This document shows, piece by piece, positions 59,141 to 64,000 of a stretch of DNA of 64,000 nucleotides. The position numbers and the translations under genes are program-made. Location of the stretch: contig JAWABG010000001.1 of NCBI GenBank assembly GCA_038884715.1, positions 38,287 through 102,286 of the forward strand, read 5' to 3'. The notes under the pieces were generated by a model. That model was not told the DNA's origin. It searched no databases and saw only the letters and a program-made list of their open reading frames with translations. Origin of the DNA: Candidatus Woesearchaeota archaeon. GTDB lineage: Archaea; Nanobdellota; Nanobdellia; Woesearchaeales; UBA9642. Numbering within the stretch: the first letter of the stretch is position 1; each line of letters begins with the position of its first letter.

Positions 59141-59434
59141 ATGATTCTTAAAAAACAGTATGCTGATGGTAAAGAGATTTTATCAATAATAGATGATGAT
59201 TTGCTAGAAAAAAGGTTTGAGGAAGGAAATAAAATTTTGGATTTTAGCTCTGATTTTTATAAGGGTGAAAAAAAGACAAGGCGAGAACTAAAAAAAGAAA
59301 TAATGTCTGCATACATAATTAATGCCGCGGGTAAAAAAACAATCAGTTTTTTAAGTGAACTAAAACTAATAGACAATAAGAGCATAAAATTCATTAATAA
59401 AATTCCATACACTAATTTGTTGTTGATAAAATAA
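59141..59434 (+). CDS. DUF424 family protein
   Basis: DDDLLEKRFEEG...FYKGE...INAAG...INKIPY. Usual neighbour of aIF-2 beta. Confidence 0.82.
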   Translation: MILKKQYADGKEILSIIDDDLLEKRFEEGNKILDFSSDFYKGEKKTRRELKKEIMSAYIINAAGKKTISFLSELKLIDNKSIKFINKIPYTNLLLIK

Positions 59435-59475
59435 TAACAAAATAAATAATAGAATAAATAATTATGTGCCGTTAT

Positions 59476-62400
59476 TCACTTTTTGAGTTCTTCTTCTCCA
59501 AACCATTTACCCAACCCTTCTTGCCTTTCAGGATCCTTCCCAAAATAGCTCTCAACCATTCTCTTTGTTAGTTCAAGACTTTGCTGTAAATAAACAGGAA
59601 CATTAAACTCTTTAGCAATACTTAGACTCGGCTCGAGATACTTTAGTATTGAGCCCTCTGTAATTGTAAAAATTATTCTTCCTTTACACTTGAGACAATT
59701 ACCGGACAATGGAGGTCTGCGATATTTTTCATTACAATTAACACACCTAAATTGTTGTGTTGAAAACTTTCTGAGATTTCCTCGTATATCCCTCAAAAAA
59801 TGCTTTTCAATAACAAGTCTTGCAACATCGGTTTCATCAACACATCTTAACCTTTTAGCAAGATCCATCTGCCCTTTTAATTTTTCTTCCATAGTTGGTA
59901 ATAATTTATATTGAGAACAGAGAACTCCTTGATTAATATCTTCCGTTTCATGTGTATATCCGTATCCTTCAAACTGTTCAGGAGTATTCAAAACATCTGC
60001 CAATAACTTAATATTTACCTCCCATGGCATTTTTCCCACCTCACAAGCCTTATAAAATTCAAGAGTGTACTTCCATGCAATATCAACATGAAAAGCCATA
60101 TCATCTACTTCAGTAGGATTTAATAAATAAGTTAAAACAAGGGGTGCATCCATTGTTGCACCACGAGAATTTGGCAAATAGTGCTTTGAAAAATTTAATA
60201 GAGCGTCCATCAATAAAAGCACACAACTCTCATCACCATCAGCATCTCGTCTCATAGCCGCGTGGAATATTGGCTGAGCATAAAATCCTTGGGTTTTGCT
60301 AAAACCAATTATCCTACCAACAATACCTGCAGATGTATGTGGTGCGAGCCCAACAATAAGATGTCCTATAAGATCCTCTTTTGTTTTAATATTATAAAAT
60401 GGTTTTGATTTATATAATGAAACAAGCAAGTCATCAATAAATTTTGTTGTTCTAAAAAGCACAACATCGCAAGGTTCATCAGGAGATTCAACACACGCAG
60501 GAAGAATTACATCTTGTGGTTTTAATTCGAGTATCTGATCATTATCATCTAAATTATTTCCATTAATGTCCTTTGTATATCCTAATTTCTTTAATTTTTC
60601 AATAGAAACACCTATTTCTTTTGGCTTAAAATGAGTTATTACTAATTCTGAGGCATCATATCTTGTTGTTCCATCTTTATTAACATAAATATCATACTTT
60701 GCACGAAGAAATCCTTTTAATAAATGCTCTGGTATGTGTTCTTTGTTACTTGTCCCTCTAACTCCTTTTATTAAATCAGGAAAAATTGTTGTTTCAGTGT
60801 TCTTAAGAATTGCATCAAAGTACTCTCTAATATTAATTTGCTCATTTCTTACTTGATTTTGTTGAAGAGGAATTGCTTTTGAATCACAAAAAGGACACCT
60901 CCTGAAAACAACTTCTTTATTACATTTTTCACATTTAAAGATAGAAAAATCAGCAATTATGTTTCCTTTTTCGAGGGTTGATTGAAAGCTCCTCATCTTT
61001 CCTCCTTCTTCACCAACAGGAAACAAGACATGCGGGCTTCCAGTCATCTTTCTCATCTTTGCTTTTTCAGGTCTTCCCATCCTTGAACCAATGAATATTC
61101 CACATTTATCCTTAATTTTTACATTTGAAATTAAATTTATAATTGATAAAGTATCTTCTAAACCCGACTTCTCCAGCTTATGTAATGATATTTCAATATC
61201 TCTTGTGTTATCTATATCAATTCCTAATGATTCCAATAAAGCAATTGTATTATTTTTGTTAATCACCACAAAAGTATTGTTAACAAAAGAATGTTCTATT
61301 CCTAAAAGCTCAAGAGTTCTTTTAACGTCCTTATTTCTTTCTGTAATTTCAAGCGTTGATTTTTCTAATACATCTCTTGTTTTTATTATATTAAAATTTG
61401 GAAGTTCCATCAACAATTCAATAAGATTACTTTTTGATATGCTTTTCCAGAAAAAAGTATACAAAGGATGAAGAGGAATATTTAATTTTTTTGAGATCTC
61501 TAATGCGGCATCAACCGATAATTTGGTTTTAATTGGGTTTTTAATTAAGAGTTCTATTTTTTCAGTTTGTATATTTAGATATTCTGATGCCTTTATATAA
61601 TCTAGAGAACCAAACATTTCAATAAGTGCTTTTTCGAACTCTAACACCCACCATTCTTGACAGTATCCTGGACTCACCAAAGGGTGTGCTCTATCAAAGA
61701 AATCACCGTAATTGATCAATATATCACCGAGATAAATTATTTCTTGAATATCCTCTTTGTATTTTTTTGCAAGAGCTTCTGTTTCTAAAAAATAAACACT
61801 ACCGTCTTTTAATTTTACAATTGGTCCATCAATTGAATCACACACACTTATTGCTGTAGCCTTTCCAGGCCTCTCAACTTTTAGCTGGGTGGCACTGGCA
61901 ATAAAATTATTCAGAATGTGCATTGTTGCAGGGTGAATTGATTGTGAACTGTAACCACTCACTCTTGATCTTCCAAACCTTAATCTAAAGGCACCATTAC
62001 GCAATGGATGGCCAAGAACAGGTCTTCCTGCAACCAAATCATGAATGTATGTAAAGTCAGGAGTGATTCCTTTTGCAACTTCTTTTTTCAGCTTTGCCTT
62101 TGCACTTTTCTGAATTTTAAGAAACTCTTCTAGAAAATTCCAATGATCTAATTGAAATTCTTTTCCCCATTTTTGAATTTGTTTCCAAAGTTTTGGAGCT
62201 TTTAAAGGAATACATGAACTGTGTATCAAACAATAACCGCTCCTAAGAAAATTTGTTGGCACTCTAGGTAAATCCTTATAGTTGCTAACAGTGTATTTTT
62301 CTGAAGGCTCTCCTGAAATTTCAACCGGCAAATTTTTAACTAAAAACTCAGTTTCCTTTTCACTTGGAAAATATTGAAGATTTGTTACAAACTCATGATA

Positions 62401-62994
62401 GTCTTCAAGCTCTCTATAACACCTTTTAATTTCTTGCTCATTAGGATCGTAAACACCATAGCCAAAAATTTTTCTCAAGTAATCTCCAATTATTACACAA
62501 ACACTTGCAGCTGTTCCTCCAGCATTTCTTATTGGACCCGCAAAATTTAGACAAAAATATTGTCCCTGACCATCTAGCCTATTCTTAATCTCAAGACTTG
62601 TAAATCCCTCTAATGGACTTGAAACAACACCAACAGTCACATATGCAAATCCTGTTCGGATACCGACTTCTATTGCTTCTTTTTGGTCTTTAAATTTTAC
62701 AAATTTTTCCTTAGCAATTTCTTCTGCAATTTTTAATGCGACTCTCCAATCAAGTATTCCATACTCTGCTTCTAATTCCATAATCCTTTTTACTGCAGTG
62801 CTTTCCTTTAATTGGGGGGCAACAACACTTATCAAACCAATAACTCTTTCTGCCATATTTTTTGCAAGAGTTATTTCTACATTATCCTCAGGATCATAAC
62901 CTTTTTTTCTTAATTCATTTGCTATCTCAAATATCTTCAAAGAGTCCTTCTCAATATTATTAAAATATTGTTGCATCTCCTTTGAACATTCCAT
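59476..62994 (-). CDS. polC: DNA polymerase D large subunit DP2 (no intein apparent)
   Basis: FAGPIRNAGGT, VAGRPV, RMGRPEKAK, GLAPHTSAG, RRDADGDE, C-terminal CVNC...CLKC. Confidence 0.98.
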   Translation of the reverse strand: MECSKEMQQYFNNIEKDSLKIFEIANELRKKGYDPEDNVEITLAKNMAERVIGLISVVAPQLKESTAVKRIMELEAEYGILDWRVALKIAEEIAKEKFVKFKDQKEAIEVGIRTGFAYVTVGVVSSPLEGFTSLEIKNRLDGQGQYFCLNFAGPIRNAGGTAASVCVIIGDYLRKIFGYGVYDPNEQEIKRCYRELEDYHEFVTNLQYFPSEKETEFLVKNLPVEISGEPSEKYTVSNYKDLPRVPTNFLRSGYCLIHSSCIPLKAPKLWKQIQKWGKEFQLDHWNFLEEFLKIQKSAKAKLKKEVAKGITPDFTYIHDLVAGRPVLGHPLRNGAFRLRFGRSRVSGYSSQSIHPATMHILNNFIASATQLKVERPGKATAISVCDSIDGPIVKLKDGSVYFLETEALAKKYKEDIQEIIYLGDILINYGDFFDRAHPLVSPGYCQEWWVLEFEKALIEMFGSLDYIKASEYLNIQTEKIELLIKNPIKTKLSVDAALEISKKLNIPLHPLYTFFWKSISKSNLIELLMELPNFNIIKTRDVLEKSTLEITERNKDVKRTLELLGIEHSFVNNTFVVINKNNTIALLESLGIDIDNTRDIEISLHKLEKSGLEDTLSIINLISNVKIKDKCGIFIGSRMGRPEKAKMRKMTGSPHVLFPVGEEGGKMRSFQSTLEKGNIIADFSIFKCEKCNKEVVFRRCPFCDSKAIPLQQNQVRNEQINIREYFDAILKNTETTIFPDLIKGVRGTSNKEHIPEHLLKGFLRAKYDIYVNKDGTTRYDASELVITHFKPKEIGVSIEKLKKLGYTKDINGNNLDDNDQILELKPQDVILPACVESPDEPCDVVLFRTTKFIDDLLVSLYKSKPFYNIKTKEDLIGHLIVGLAPHTSAGIVGRIIGFSKTQGFYAQPIFHAAMRRDADGDESCVLLLMDALLNFSKHYLPNSRGATMDAPLVLTYLLNPTEVDDMAFHVDIAWKYTLEFYKACEVGKMPWEVNIKLLADVLNTPEQFEGYGYTHETEDINQGVLCSQYKLLPTMEEKLKGQMDLAKRLRCVDETDVARLVIEKHFLRDIRGNLRKFSTQQFRCVNCNEKYRRPPLSGNCLKCKGRIIFTITEGSILKYLEPSLSIAKEFNVPVYLQQSLELTKRMVESYFGKDPERQEGLGKWFGEEELKK

Positions 62995-64000
62995 TAGACT
63001 TCAACCCTTGTTTTGGATTCTTCAGTAAAATAATTTTCAATTTCTTGTTTAGACTCTTTTTTTCTTGAAAAATTCATAATTTTTACATCTCTTGTTTGAA
63101 GATTAATTATTGGAACCCGTGCAGGCTCGGGCTCGAGTCCACGTTTAATCTGATTTTCACTAATATCAACCCAGCAAGATGCATTGATGAGTGTAGTATT
63201 TTTATAATTGCTTACAGAACTCCTGTGAATATGACCTGTTATAAGAAAATCGGGCACGGTTTCTATAACAAGCGGATCTCTTTTTGGATCAGGAACATAA
63301 AGACTAGCTTCGTGAGTAGGAGAAAGATGACGTTTCTGTAATAAATATTTCATTAGAAGATCAGGTCTTTTCTGACCCCCTTTTGTACGAATGCTATCAA
63401 TGTTTTCTGAATAATAAATAAGAGAACTACCATGATAAATTAATATATCAAAACCAGGAAAATCTTTTGTTTTCTCAATATTTATCAATGCAGGATTACT
63501 TAAAATATGAACATTAGGCATATTCCAAAGAGTTTCTGCAAAATCTTTATAAAGAGGAGGTTGGGGTTCTGCTAATCGCCCAGCATCATGATTTCCTGGA
63601 CACACAATTATTTCCTTATCAGATGGAATATTAGAAAGCAAACTTGCTAAATATGAATATTGCTCCTTAATATCTTTTATTAATAGCTCTTCTTCTTGAC
63701 CAGGATAAACACCCACACCCTCTATTAAATCACCCGGAATAAGAATATATTTTGTTTTTTTAGCAATTTCTCTCTGCACATCATTACCTATTTTTCCCTG
63801 AATCCATAACAAAAACCTATGAAACTCTTTTTCCAAAAACTTGTCAGACCCAACCTGGGGATCTCCCAATACAATAAGAAATTTTTCCTCACTGAGTTTT
63901 TTGTATTCCCTATCTGCAGGCACATCAGGAAAATACAAATTATTCACAAACAAAATTTTGTTACTGAACATATTAGAATTACCACTCAAAGAACCAGTAA
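62994..64000 (-). CDS. polB: DNA polymerase D small subunit DP1 (3'-5' exonuclease); N-terminus lies beyond the right edge
   Basis: GDLIEGVGVYPGQ, PGNHDA...EPQP, YHGSS, RHLSPT, GHIH. Frame is open to the window edge. Confidence 0.96.
   Translation of the reverse strand, partial: TGSLSGNSNMFSNKILFVNNLYFPDVPADREYKKLSEEKFLIVLGDPQVGSDKFLEKEFHRFLLWIQGKIGNDVQREIAKKTKYILIPGDLIEGVGVYPGQEEELLIKDIKEQYSYLASLLSNIPSDKEIIVCPGNHDAGRLAEPQPPLYKDFAETLWNMPNVHILSNPALINIEKTKDFPGFDILIYHGSSLIYYSENIDSIRTKGGQKRPDLLMKYLLQKRHLSPTHEASLYVPDPKRDPLVIETVPDFLITGHIHRSSVSNYKNTTLINASCWVDISENQIKRGLEPEPARVPIINLQTRDVKIMNFSRKKESKQEIENYFTEESKTRVEV

Noticed and set aside
59476..62994. Intein in DP2
   Set aside because: Length is typical, motifs are contiguous, and no intein-like insertion was seen.
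630..63341. Numerous short track ORFs antisense or out-of-frame to long genes (e.g. 1746-2138, 3192-3515, 19092-19319, 39038-39487, 47020-47205, 61091-61471)
   Set aside because: Shadow ORFs overlapping well-supported genes, with no recognisable motifs.

Overview
Very AT-rich archaeal chromosome segment, almost entirely coded on the minus strand, most likely from a DPANN archaeon of the Nanoarchaeota/Woesearchaeales type (fused PriS-PriL primase, PolD, archaeal S10-spc operon with N-terminally extended uS14, no metabolic genes). The right half (35.1-64 kb) is housekeeping: the uL3...secY-DUF106-eL34-eL14 operon with adk and cmk missing from their usual positions, primase, flavin reductase, Toprim protein, HtpX/LemA, SpoIIM-like protein, aIF-2beta, DUF424 and PolD DP2/DP1. 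The left half (1-35 kb) is a cell-surface locus. It holds a dockerin-tagged subtilisin, a protein with 8 dockerin-like and 9 Cys-rich repeats, and RPA. Then comes a ~26 kb co-oriented array of about 18 genes with class III (type IV pilin-like) signal peptides, two of them mini-genes below the ORF-track cutoff, together with giant Cys-rich surface proteins. The array ends in two predicted peptidoglycan-active enzymes: a pilin-fused M15 Zn peptidase and a membrane-anchored lytic transglycosylase. It also contains four pilins with a beta-defensin-like 6-Cys domain and one pilin with a Gly-rich hydrophobic hairpin. Best hypothesis (inference only): a type IV pilus-like apparatus for attaching to and breaching bacterial cell envelopes. 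No assembly ATPase, TadC-type platform or prepilin peptidase is visible in the window. All domain calls come from motifs read by eye, not from database searches.
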